DNA from: Chrysomallon squamiferum
Lineage: Eukaryota; Animalia; Mollusca
Assembly: GCA_012295275.1 (NCBI GenBank)
Contig: CM022671.1
Span: forward strand, 6,386,001 to 6,450,000
Direction: 5' to 3'
Length of the DNA: 64,000 bases
Shown: positions 11,950 to 25,302 of the stretch, in pieces
Position numbering within the stretch: the first letter of the stretch is position 1
How the letters are laid out: each line of letters opens with the position of its first letter
The notes under the pieces: model-generated
What the model was told of the DNA's origin: nothing
The model's database searches: none
Seen by the model: only the letters and a program-made list of their open reading frames with translations
Program-made: the position numbers and the translations under genes

Positions 11950-12782
11950 ATGAGAGTCGTGCTAGTTCTAGCAATTGTCGTCGCTGTAGCTGTCACAAAC
12001 AGTGACGCTAAATGGAGATTTCGTCGTGTATGGCAGGAAGCCAAACCTTACGTTATCAAAACAGCCATCGGTATCGCCATTGGAGCTCTTGGAAAAAGAA
12101 GTAACATATAAATTTTAAGTAGTGAATAAGTTTTAAAAAGTCAAACTACAACAACAATAACTGCTACCGCAATAACTACAACATCAACATCTGGTACCAC
12201 TACTACATCTACAACAACAACTACTACTACTAGAATAATAATAATATTCGTTTTAATTTTGTAAAACATTTGTATACAGATTTGCAAATGATACGAATAA
12301 AATGCACAATCGAACACTAGAAGACGTGTGTATTAAATTACATTAAAAAAACAAACAAATATTAAAGTATATTTTTTTCTTCTTTTGTAGGTGTGGATGA
12401 AATTGATGCGAACAATGACGGTGAGATAGACAAAGACGAAATCGAGGCTATTCTAAGTAGTCGACAAGCAGACGAACTTCTGCAGTTTGCTGATCGTGAT
12501 GGTAAAGATTTATTTTTTAATCAAATTTTTTTATTTTTGTTTTGTTTTATTTCATTTTGTTAGTTAGTAAGATGTCTGTTTAAATAATTATTTTTCTGCG
12601 TTTGTATGTATACACTCGTACATTTTTATTGTTTCGTTTTAAAGAGCTTTCAAGAACAATTTTTTTTTTTAAATTTTTTTTTTAGTTTGTTAGTTAGTTT
12701 ATTTCTTTGACTGTTTGTGTATACATGTGTAGACTCGTGCACTGATGTAGATTCACGTTGAAGTGTTTCCAAGCACACACAC

Positions 12783-12815
<33 letters not shown>

Positions 12816-12967
12816 GATACATACATACATATGGACAATAATACATACATATATGATGGATACATTTAGTAATTTCTCTAACTTTGTTTACTAATTTACG
12901 TGTAGCTGACGAGATTGTCACCAAGGAAGAACTGCAGCAAATCTTCGATGAATTCAAACATCAGTAG
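11950..12967 (+). CDS. Copy 3: precursor, 107 aa; join(11950..12100,12391..12501,12906..12967); predicted mature peptide KWRFRRVWQEAKPYVIKTAIGIAIGAL-amide
   Basis: Absent from the ORF track; read manually. MRVVLVLAIVVAVAVTNSDA / peptide / GKR / SVDEIDANNDGEIDKDEIEAILSSRQADELLQFADRDADEIVTKEELQQIFDEFKHQ*. Splice sites are canonical; the downstream 3'UTR exon region is scrambled. Confidence 0.9.
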
Positions 12968-14992
12968 TTGTAAGTTTGTAATAAAATACACGTTCAAATA
13001 TTAATTAATCACATAATTATATTAATAACTAGTTGCACTGCAGCAAATTCTCGATGAAAATTGCGTTAACATTTGTATGTTGTATATATGTTTGTATAAA
13101 TAAAATGTCGGGTTTAAACTGTTTATATTTATGAATTCGTGTTAAATATTCAAATTGCATTAGAAACCTTCACAGAAAGTCAATACATGCATTTCAGACT
13201 GTTTGATGTATGTGTCCAAACAGAAGACGGAGATGTAAACACATAAAGATTAAATGTAAAATGTTTTGTTTTATTTTATTTTATTGTTTGTTTGTTTATG
13301 TATTATTATTATGTATGTATGTATGTATGAATATAGGAATTTAATGTCGAGTAGCATAACCATGCAGTAAATATATTTATAAATTCATGAAGATAAATAT
13401 TTAAATTTGACATTAACCTGAAAAAGTAAAAACCTTTATACAACACAGAAAATCAATTCACTATTTTTTCTCTGTTTAAATCAGACTCAACCCCATTTTG
13501 ATCAGCAAAATGTCGAAAAACAGTCCGCCACACTGGATCCTGTGAACCATCAATAAAGATTTTATTCCATCCGAAATGGATGTACCTATAAACAGTTGGC
13601 TCTCTCTAAATCAATTTTTTTGAAAAATTTTTGAGATACGAGCTTGTTTGTTTTATTTTGGTGTTTTAAAAAAAAAAAAAAAAATATTTTATTCATTATT
13701 ATTTTTTTTTTATTTTATCAAAATCATCGAGGTGTCGATGTCTTGTTAATTTGTTTTGATTCCGTTCTCTTAACAGTTTTTGTTTTCATTAAATATTAAA
13801 AAATCATAACAATAAAAATCGTGAAAAACGGCGTTCGATTATGCTGAATAGATTCCTTTAATAGAACATTCAGACCTTTTCAACTGGAGTCTTTTACAAA
13901 TATCTCATATTTTAAAACAAAAAAAACAAACAAATAAATAAATAAATAAATAAATTCATGAAATAAACAACCAACCAAACATCTGTCAAAAAACAAATAA
14001 AACAAGTCTATTAAGGTCAAAAAAGTAACATTTTATTGATAATGATGAAAAAAAGATATTTTAGTATACGAAATTAACTTTAAAATTTGAAAATAATTTT
14101 AAAAACCCTTTAATCTGAAAAAACCAGAATACAGAACAGGATTATACAAGTTCAGCTAAGAAACGATGGAAGGAGGATTATCAACCTGAATAGCAGAAAT
14201 TTATTTAATTTTAGTGTGAATAATAAACATGATTAATTTACTTTAATCAATAAACCATAACTCATGAGACAAAACACTGGTGTATTTGACGAGTTATATC
14301 AATTGTTTTTGTTTTTGATTTTCAAAACACAGGTAAAACCAGTATCTTAATTTATGCATAAGCTAAACAAGTTATAGCTGAAGAAAAAAATAAAAATAAA
14401 AAAATAAAATAAAAATTATAATAATAATAAACAAAATAATAATAATTAATGAATATAAAATGAAATTCAATATTTTTAACAGCTAGAATGTGTGCCTGTC
14501 GAAAATCCTGGAAATAGTCTGTTTAAAGAAAAATTTCATGTCTTTTGCCTGAACTGCATATCTCTTCAGGACGTAACAGATAATTAACACAGCATTATTT
14601 AAAGAAATTATGATGTAAGATGAGATAATGATGTAAATACAAAGAGAGCATGAAAAATGATGCTATTTCCACCTTATTTTGGAAAAACTGTCACCGAGGT
14701 GACAAATGGAGCTGAAATGTTTATGTGTACTCACCCTTCTTTTCTCAGTCTGTTTAAAATCACCATTCTTTACTCACCACTTTCCTTTTTACCTCTGTTT
14801 CAAATATGCTGCCTTTTTGGACTTTATTTACAAATATAGTACACAGACACGTTTCTATATTTTATATAAACTGTCGTACGAAGAGGAGAGTATGTCCCAT
14901 GATCTTTCATGCACCAGTCGTGTTGCCCTGGTTCAGATGGGGGGAAATAGGACAATGATAATCACGTCCACTGGAGTGGATCGATTCTGTTA

Positions 14993-15055
<63 letters not shown>

Positions 15056-15239
15056 AGGAAGTATACCTATATTGAACATTTGGCATGTCTCAGTCTCTAA
15101 TTGTTTCAAAGGTGTTTTGCGACAATTGTGAAATTCCACCCGAATCCGTAAATGAAGATTCCGAACCTGAAACCAGAGAGGAGAGCCCCATGCGTCACAA
15201 TAATCCAACATTGGCACCACTAACGTCTCTCTAACCTCT

Positions 15240-15420
15240 CTGAAACTAGTACCAACAAATCCGGATGGTCGATGCTTCTACAGATCTGTAAATAGACAAA
15301 CACCACAACTTCAAAATACTGCCAGAGATGAGGATGGACATTCAGTTGTCTCCCGAGTTGACACAGTCAAATATGCTGCTATCAAACATGACGATCAACT
15401 TATATGACGATCTGGACAAT
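15240..15420 (+). pseudogene. OTU-like cysteine protease (deubiquitinase) fragment within a unit-specific insertion (~15060-15770)
   Basis: LKLVPTNPDGRCFYRSV matches the OTU catalytic D-G-x-C-[LF]-[FY]-R-[AS] motif. It is flanked by stops and frameshifts, and no catalytic His segment was seen. Confidence 0.5.
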
Positions 15421-15774
15421 ATAACTGACATATTGAATATGTCATTTTGAATTGATGTTTATTCCTAACTTACTTTTTATTCTATGGTGCCACAGTCTCA
15501 ATGACATGAAATATAATTAGGTTCAATATAAGAATCGACACGGTTCAAAATATGTCACGGAGGCCCTAAATTAAACTTTTGTCGATATTTTTTAATTGAT
15601 CGATAAAACATGGATAGTATAAGTTAATTTTTTTTTATTTTTATTTTTTTACTTTACAAAGGTCTTAGGGTAATTACGACTAGACTGTTCTTCATCGATT
15701 CTATCTGGTCTGAGCAATGAAGGTCAGAAGTTAGAGGGATCAATATACATACGCATCCCCTTTATTACTACTAC

Positions 15775-15841
<67 letters not shown>

Positions 15842-16594
15842 TTATCAGGTTAAGACAAATTTTTAACAAACGTAAACTGACCTTTACAATTCTTGTTACA
15901 TTCACAGCTTAAGGAGTTCCTGGATGCATTTCAAGAGGGGGTAACTCTAGAAGAACCTGCTCAGATTGTACCAAAATACGAGCCTGGGATTGACTACGAC
16001 AGAAAAAATCGTTACGCAGAAAGGAGACGATGGAAGGAGGATTATCAACCTGAATAGCAGAGATTTAGATTTAATTTAAGTGTGAATATCAAACATGATT
16101 AATCAAATGAATAATGAAACATGATTAATTTACTGTATTCATGAAACAGACACTTTCTGTTAACAGTTATATTCATGAAACAAACAGTTTGTTTGTTTTT
16201 TATTAAAAATAAATTGAAGTAAAATTTGATGCATAAATTTATTTTTGTTTTTTATCTGCATAAATAAAATCTTGTCCCTAGTTATCTCCCCTCTCGAAAA
16301 TTGATCACTGCTGGTTTTATTGCCTGTCATCTTATGGTGTTTACAGATTGTTAATGTTTTTATATTTCTAACAAAATCAGCAGGACTGAATAATAATACA
16401 AAAAACTGTCATGTGTGAAAAGAAAAGACAGATAAAAAGCCCATTAGCATCACAGGTGGAGTTATCTGCGTTACTTCCTACATTAACATTCTGTGATGCT
16501 AAAAGATAAACACTTCATGTCTGCACCATGCTTGAACTGCACATCTGTCCAGGACATAACAGATAATTAACACAACATTAATAAACAAATTATG

Positions 16595-16741
16595 ATAATA
16601 AGATGAGATAATAATGTAATTACAAGCAGTGCATGAATCCAGTGTGTGAAATCCTGGTGAAGTTTAAAATAAATAGAGTCACTTAGCTGCATTTTAGACC
16701 ATTTACTGTTGTAAGTCTGCAGAGAAAACGACAATGTAAGT
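16595..16741 (+). promoter_or_regulatory. Putative promoter and non-coding exon 1 of copy 4
   Basis: Same conserved block; donor GTAAGT at 16736. Confidence 0.55.
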
Positions 16742-17295
16742 AAAACTATTTTTTTAAATAGGTCTTTAATTCTTATTTTTTTCTCCTTTCTCTGAAATAA
16801 ATAATTTTATCTTAAATATTTTTCTTCATTGTACTTCTATTTTCAGTGAATTTTATCTCTGACAAATGTATTCCGAAGAATATTTTATTTTATTTTCATA
16901 TATATATATATATGTATGTATAGATATATAGATATATAGATATATTAAATTATTACTGAGTAATTCTTGAAATTTATAGATAGTACTAACTTTGAATAAT
17001 TATAATAAAAAATAAATAATAAAATTAGCGTTTAATTAAATTCACACGATCTGGATTATGTATTAAAATAGTGTCATTTTCATACCGAGTTAGCTCCCTT
17101 TGCAAAGCGTCCTCTGATTTCCTCCTATCTTCAATTTACGATCACGTTCCGTTCCGCTAATTCGTCGTAAGCTGAATATCTGTTATTTGTGTTTATATAA
17201 ACACGTTATCTCAACCTAAGTCATCCATATATTACTATTATTATTATTATTATTACTGTCTTTTTAGTAAACACTTTTATTGGTTTAAATCAAAG

Positions 17296-18079
17296 ATGAG
17301 ACTCGTGTTGGTTCTAGCAGTTGTCGTCGCTGTAGCTGTCACAAACAGTGATGCTTGGAGATTACGTCGTGCATGGCGCAGAGTTGTTCGTTACATTTTG
17401 AAACCACGGATCCATTACTACCCTTGGACATATATTCCTGCTGGAAAAAGAAGTATAAACAAGTTTTATATAGTGAATATAAACATCGAAAAACAACAAC
17501 AAGTACTACTGCTACTGCAACTACTACTACTTCAACATCTATTAATACAACTACAACAAACAACAAAAGTTACTGCTAGAATAATAATAAATCGTTTTAA
17601 TTTGGTATTTTTATTATTATTATTAAATGGCGTATGTATTATTATTATTATTATTATTTTTATTATTTTATTATTTTTATTATTTTTTTATTTTATTTTA
17701 CTTTATTTATTTTTAATTTTTATTATTATTATTGTTATTATTATTATTTATTATTTTTAATTTTTTTTAATTTTTTTTAGGTGTGGATGAAATTGATGTG
17801 AACAATGACGGTGTGATAGACAAAGACGAAATCGAGGCTATTCTAAGTAGTCGAGAAGCAGACGAACTTCTGCAGTTTGCTGATCGTGATGGTGAAGATT
17901 TATTATTTTATTTTCATTTTTATTTATATTTTATTTTTATTTATATTTACATACATACATATATATGATGGATACATTTTTTAAATTCTCTAATTTTGTT
18001 TTCTAATTTACGTGTAGCTGACGAGATTGTCACCAAGGAAGAATTGCAGAAAATCCTCGATGAATTAGAACATCAATAG
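17296..18079 (+). CDS. Copy 4: precursor, 109 aa; join(17296..17452,17781..17891,18018..18079); predicted mature peptide WRLRRAWRRVVRYILKPRIHYYPWTYIPA-amide
   Basis: MRLVLVLAVVVAVAVTNSDA / peptide / GKR / SVDEIDVNNDGVIDKDEIEAILSSREADELLQFADRDADEIVTKEELQKILDELEHQ*. The first coding donor is the weaker GTATAA. 3'UTR exon from 18362, AATAAA at 18426. Confidence 0.9.
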
Positions 18080-19008
18080 TTGTAAGTTTGTAATAAAATA
18101 CAAGTACAAATATTAATTAATGACATAATTATATTAATAACTAAAGAAACTGCTTAATTAAAAAACTAAATACACAAACGAAAAGAAGAAAAACAAAAAA
18201 TTAGTTTAAACTGCTTTAGATCGTTGTATGTGTACAAATATGAATTTTAATGTCGAGTTTATAACCCATGCATTAAATATATTTATGAATTCGTGTTAAA
18301 TATTTAAATGTCACACAAGTAGAAATCTGAAAACATAAAGTTAATATTTTCTTTGTTTCAGACTCACCCAAGTTTGACCAGCAAAATGTCCAGAGAGAAA
18401 ACGGAGATGTGAACACATTGAAAACAATAAAGATGAAACCTCTCTAAAATCAGTTTTAAGTTTTTATTTTGTTTTATTTTATTTATTTATTTATTTATTA
18501 TTATTATTGATGTTGTTGTTGTTGTTGTTGTTGTTATTATTATTATTATTATTAGTAGTAGTAGTAACAGTATTACTACTATTTTATCAGTACTGATATC
18601 GGTTTATATGTTAACAGTAGATAAATATCACACATGTATGTGAGTATGGCTGTTGGTGCGTTTGTGTAAGAGAAATTATATGGAATAAATGAGAAATATT
18701 TTAAATAAATAATACATAAACAAACAAACAAACAAACAAACAAACAAGGTGATATGAAAAAGGAATAGACTTGAATTTGATCAGGATCCACGCTAATCTG
18801 ATATATATCAAATTTTATTACTAAATGATTCATTTGTTATTACTGCTACTACCTCTGTTAATAGATCTTTAGTAGATATTTTTTAACTGTTCAATAAAAC
18901 TTAGAGTTTGTAAGCTAAACTTTTTTAACATGAAACAACTGCCAACTACGACTAGATTGTTCTTCTTTGATTCTGAAGGTCAGAAGTTCACGTTACGCAC
19001 ATTTTCCC

Positions 19009-19054
<46 letters not shown>

Positions 19055-19381
19055 AATTTGTCAGGTGATGACATTTTTTTTAACAATTTCATAGCTTAAT
19101 GCGTCTCTGGATGCATTTCAAGAGGAGGTAACTCTAGAAGAACCTGCTCAGATCATACCAGAATACCAGCCTGGGATTGACTACGACAGAAAAAATCGTT
19201 ACGCAGAAAGGAAACGATGGAAGGAGAATTATCAACCAGAATGGCAGAAATTTAGATTTAATTTTAGTGTGAATATCAAACATGATTAATTTACTGTAAT
19301 CAAGTAAATTTCTGTCAGTTATAATCATGAGACAAACACGTGTTTAATTAATATAGTTAAATTGGAGTACATATATATATA

Positions 19382-19416
<35 letters not shown>

Positions 19417-19769
19417 CAAACCAGTATCACATTTATACATAAACTAAGCAACTTACAGCTTAGGTCCTCAATCTGCAGAAATCAAGTCTTGTTCACAGTT
19501 ATCTCCCCTCTCAGAGAGTGATCATTGCTGGTTTTTATTGCTGATGATGTTCTGCTTCTAACGAAATCAGCAGAACTGACTAATAATGGAAAAGCTGTCG
19601 TGTGTGAAAAAGAACAAAACAATCCATTAGCATAACAAGTTGAGCTAACTGTGTCACATCCTGGATTAATATCCAGTGCTGCTAAAAGAAAAACACAATT
19701 ACGTTCACACCACGTCTGATCTGTACAGGACATAACAGATAATTAACACAATATGAATTAAAGAAATAA

Positions 19770-19919
19770 TGATGAAAAGATGAGATAATGGTGTAAATTA
19801 CAAAGAATGTGTAAATCCAAAGTGTGAAATCCTGGTGAAGTTTAAAATAAATAGAGTCGCTTAGCTGCATTTTAAACCATTTATTGTTGTAAGACGGCAG
19901 AGAAAACAACAATGTAAGT
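19770..19919 (+). promoter_or_regulatory. Putative promoter and non-coding exon 1 of copy 5
   Basis: Same conserved block; donor GTAAGT at 19914. Confidence 0.5.
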
Positions 19920-20448
19920 AAAACTGTTTTTATACTTAAAGCCTATTATTATGGTCTATTTTATTTATTTTATTATTCTGAAATAAAGAGCGTGATGGAT
20001 TTTATCTTAAATCTTTGTGTTCACTGTCACTGCCATGTTTAATCATTCTATCTTTAAGTAATTATAAATGTTTATTTATTTATTTATTTATTTATTTATT
20101 TGGTCCCATCATGATTGACGTGTAATTCATGAAATTTATTAATAATATTTATTCTGAATAATAATAATAAATAATAATAATAAAAAAGACGAGTTATTAA
20201 AAAAATCATAATAAAAAAAAAACAAAAATACCGTTAAGGTGAAGAATAATTCTTCCCGTGTAAGCTCCCTTTAAAATGCTCTTGATTTCCTCCCGTTTCA
20301 TTGTAGTCATCAACTTAAAACTAAAAAGTCGATCTGGAAAAGATGGATATCTGTTAATTTTTGTATTTGTTTTTTAAAAAAAAAAAAGTCATACAAATGT
20401 ATTTTTCTATTGTTGTTTACTGAGGTTTTGAAGAAGACATTCTTCCCG

Positions 20449-20494
<46 letters not shown>

Positions 20495-20501
20495 TTTTTT
20501 T

Positions 20502-20537
<36 letters not shown>

Positions 20538-20587
20538 CTAAACCCTTTTAGTTACAAAGTGATTTATTTTATTTATTTATTTATCAC

Positions 20588-21246
20588 TGAGACGTCGTTC
20601 TAGTTTTGTTGTCGGAGAATCAAACCAGTGATGCGTTATTAGAGTCGTGGCATCAACTCAAACCTTTCGTTATTAAAGCAGGCATCCAATACCCAGTTTC
20701 GGTTGTTGGAAAAAGAAGTAATAAACACGTTTTAAAATGTACTGAAAATAAACGACATCAAAATCAACAAAAACAAGTATTATTAATACAACAACAACTA
20801 GTATTACTACAATAATAATAATTATGTTTTAATTTTGTAAGATCTCTGCATACGATTTGAAAATGACACCAATAAAATCCACAATCGAAGATTACAGGGA
20901 CACACATGTGCATATTAAATAACATTTTAAAAAACAACATATTTATTTTTTTTTTTTTTTTTTTTAGGTATGGATGAAATTGATGTGAACAATGACGGTG
21001 TGATAGACAAAGACGAAATCGAGGCTATTCTAAGTAGTCGACAAGCAGACGAACTTCTGCAGTTTGCTGATCGTGATGGTGAAGATTTATTTTTTTGTTT
21101 TGTTTTGTTTTATTTCATTTTGTTAGTTAATAAGATGTCTGTTTAATTAATTATTTTTCTGTGTTTGTATATAACCACTCGTACATTTTTATTGTTTCAT
21201 TTTAAAGAGCTTTCAAGTACAATGTATCCACACACACACACACACA

Positions 21247-21285
<39 letters not shown>

Positions 21286-21456
21286 ATAGAGAGATAAACA
21301 CACAGAGAGAGAGCACATACACACATATTTAACTTGAAAATATTTGATGATACTGTTATAATTTCTCTAACATTGTTTATTAATTTACGTGTAGCTGATG
21401 AGATTGTCACCACGGAAGAACTACAGGAAACCCTCGATGAATTCAAACATCAATAG
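20588..21456 (+). pseudogene. Copy 5: signal-peptide region disrupted (no ATG, indels); EF-hand exons 20968..21078 and 21395..21456 intact
   Basis: ctgagacgtcgttctagttttgttgtcgg is a damaged version of atgagagtcgtgctggttctagcagttgtcg. It is followed by SDA-LLESWHQLKPFVIKAGIQYPVSVV-GKR with a donor at 20718, then SMDEIDVNNDGVIDKDE...DRD-ADEIVTTEELQETLDEFKHQ*. The damage could be an assembly error. Confidence 0.7.
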
Positions 21457-21811
21457 TTGTAAGTTTGTAATAAAATATTAATATTAATTAATCATATAAC
21501 TATATTAATAAGTAGGGAAACTGTGTACTTAAAGAAGAAAGCAGATAAAAATTGCGTTTGTTTGTATGTATGTATAACCCATGCACTAAATATATTTATG
21601 AATTCCTGTTAAATATTTAAATGACATTACAAATAGAAATCTGAACACAGAAAGTCAGTACACTATTTTCTTTGTTTCAGACTCACCCAAGTTTGACCAG
21701 CAAAATGTCCAGAGAGAAGACGGAGACGTGGATACATTGAAAACAATAAAGATGAAACCTGTTTTATTTTATTTTATTGTTTGTTTGTTTATTTAATCAT
21801 CATCATCATCA

Positions 21812-21885
<74 letters not shown>

Positions 21886-22351
21886 TTATCAAACAAACAA
21901 ATCAAACATACGAGATGACATGAAGATGAGAAGTTTTTTGTAGGAATTAACTTGAATTTGATCAAACTAATCTGAAGAAGTAAACAGAACAGTTTATACA
22001 AGTTCAGCTAAAAAAATGGTGTAAAAGAGAATCATTTCACAACTTAGATTTACCAGTCTGTTTAAATCAAATCAAGAACGGTAACCCATGCCATTCCTTC
22101 CGTGTAACTGGACGAGTTGTCTTTGCATGCAGGTTAGAGACAGCCACCTGTTTATACAGATGTCGATAAAACAGTCCGCCACAGAGACTGGATCCTGCAA
22201 ACCTTCCATATTAGACGAGTTTTATTCCATCCCAGAATCGTCTACCACGTCAAATTTGTTTGATTTAAAAATGATTGGCTGTTATTTTAGTATATAATAA
22301 CATTTTATTTGAAAAAAAAAAATTTTTTTACTATGTAAAGAGATACGGTTG

Positions 22352-22395
<44 letters not shown>

Positions 22396-23165
22396 CGGTT
22401 CAGCTCGATTGATAGAATAAGTGCTTATGGTAGATTGATTCATTTATTATTATTATTATTATTATTATTTTATCACGTGACAAATCGTCTAAACGTCATC
22501 ACAAATTTGTTTTTTTTTTTTTTTTTTTTTTTTTTTTGAAAAATAACACTTCTGTCATTTATGTCACTGTAATATTTTGTTTTCATTATTTCAGAATATT
22601 AAAAAAAAAATAAATAAAAAAAAAAAAATAAATAAAAAAAAATCGTGAAAAACGAAAACGTTCGATTATGCTGAATAGATTATTTAAGTGGAACTTTCAG
22701 ACCTATCTCCTTTCACATTCTGCCTTGTCTTTTACAAATATCTCCGTATTTATTGTTTAATTGCCATTTGAAATGAAACGGTTCTGCCCGATTCGTGAAA
22801 AATAACCCCTTAGGAACGATAACTCTGTATGGTCGTCTGCAGTCGTAAACATCAAAATAATATTCACGAATGATAACCCTTACTCAGGAATTATCTCATG
22901 TTCATCTGTCAATTAAAACATAATATTTACTTTAATAAGTCTACCTCTATTAAGGTCTTCATAAAAATAACATTTTATTGGATAGATAATGCAAATTTGA
23001 TAAAGATTTCTCTTAGTATACGTTTTTGGGTCTTAAGGTTGACTTTAAAAATAACTTAAAAATAATTAAAAAACCCCATTAAATTCCGATATACGGAAAA
23101 TAATGGTTACTGAAAACTTTGAAATTCGATATCTTTTCGATTATTATAGATATCTTCAAAACTTA

Positions 23166-23198
<33 letters not shown>

Positions 23199-24129
23199 GG
23201 GATTGGTTTTCTTTTAATTGATATAGAATACATGTTCATTTAACAATTTAAAAATTGCATTTCTGCCATCCGTTCTCTTCATACCTTCTTCATCCATCCT
23301 TCATTTTATATACCTACCCCACCTCCTACTCAGAAGCAAGTCATGCTTTTGGATGTCACTGTTTGACTTCATAATGCATGCAAAAGAGGATGACAGGGTA
23401 CACACATGTGGATATCAATTTTATTTATTTATTTATTTATTAGCTGGGGAACTCACTATATATAATCTGTCGTTCACTGCTAACTCCCTGTATAACCAGA
23501 ATAATAATACATAACCAAATTGTAATTATAAACTTGATTCACTCGGACAATAACATTTGATTGATTTTTATGTTCTGTTTGCAGTTTTCACAGTGAAACA
23601 GAGTAAACTGCCCTTGGGATCAATATATATATATATATATAAAAATAAAAAAATAAAAAAAAAATAAAAAAAAAACTGAACGGAATACAACAGTCTTAAT
23701 ATGACAAATCAATTTAAGCTCATTAATATTTCTTCCTGTGTTTCTTATTTCAGGGTCGTGCATGAACTTTGGTGTACAGGGTTATAGTTTATTTAAAAAT
23801 GTATTATTCGATTTTGTCTGAAATATCAAAATATTTCTATAATATCTGAATAAGTAATGTTTTTATATATATATAAATATACATACATACATACATACAT
23901 ATATATATATTAATGATAGAGAAGAAGAAGAAAAACAAATAGCTGGATATAAAGACGATAAATAAAATTTTAAAGCCAGTGTAAAACAAATAGCTGGATA
24001 TAAAGAACATGATAAATTTTGTTTGTCGAAAAATTTTAAAATTTACAGTTCTTTCTTTACAACAATTCAAAAAATTTTCATCTGAAAACCACTGGATGAC
24101 GTCAATTTTTGTAAAAGTTTCACGTATTT

Positions 24130-24800
24130 TTTTAAATAAGAGAATTTAATTCGTTCCGTTAAATCCACAAATTTTTTGAACAAAATATTGTATGAATAAA
24201 AATAAAAAAATATTGTATGTAAAAGAGGATGTAAAGACATAAACTGGTTTTGTAAAGTGTACAGTGTTAATGTTTCTCCATCTTTTCATAGACAGAGGTC
24301 CGCAGCTTAGAAATTTTTTAACGCCTTTGGCTGGAGTTATAAAGCTTTTACCGACTCCTTCTGCTTCAGTATGGTACATATCGTAAAAGTACCACGGTCG
24401 TATTGACTAGCCATATTGACTACACGCACACTTCGCTCGTGGGTTTTTCTATGATTTCATGCTTTAATTCAACGGACATCATCCATTTCTTCGTCTCAGC
24501 ACTGTCCTCTGCACTCACTTTCTTAGGATCCATGGAAATTTGAAAAAATGCTGTACAAAACGCGAGGACAACACAACAGATGTGCTTCCGAGGCGAGATA
24601 ACCACGTGAAGCAAACAAGTGAGACGCGTGACGCTGGGCGGATGTTGTGTTGTTCGTTGCGCCAACAAAGCGGCGGCGTTTGTAAAGCTCGCTCGTAACT
24701 CGGATTTTGGCTCCCAACTCAAAGCAAAAAATCGACAGGGCGACTGCTCGTAACTCGAAAAACTCGTAAGTTGGAGCACTCGTAACTCGAGGTACCACTG
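24130..24800 (-). mobile_element. Tigger/pogo-like DNA transposon 5' fragment
   Basis: Terminus TA|CAGTGGTACCTCGAGTTACGAG at 24800 with repeated GAGTTACGAG subterminal motifs, followed by MDPKKVSAEDSAETKKWMMSVELKHEIIEK (CENP-B/Tigger N-terminal HTH start), then frameshifts. Absent from the paralogous segment near 34520. Confidence 0.85.
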
Positions 24801-25242
24801 TATAACAAAATGTTAAATGTAATATTAATCGCAGACAGAAACGTTAGTTTTGTTATTTGATCCCAAAGATAAGTTTAATTCCCAATGCAGACAGCTGTTA
24901 GGTTTTGTTCATTTTGTTTATCAGATTTTTTTATTTGTTAATTCTGTTTGATTTGTTTTTTCGTTTATTAATATGATTCGATATTTTATTTTGTTTCGTT
25001 CGTTTATTTATTATTTGTTTGTTTGTTTTGTTTATATATTTATAACATAATTTATAAATCTTTTTTTTTTCCTTTCTATTTGTTTGTTTGTTTCATTATT
25101 TAAATATAAAACAATTTTGTTGTTTTGTATTCATTTGATGTATGTTTTATAATTTTAGTTTTCCTGTCTGCATTAAATATTAACTTTCATTTGGTTATGT
25201 TTGAATTTCTGTGTCATGTTGTTTGCCAGCAACCATTATTAA

Positions 25243-25302
<60 letters not shown>

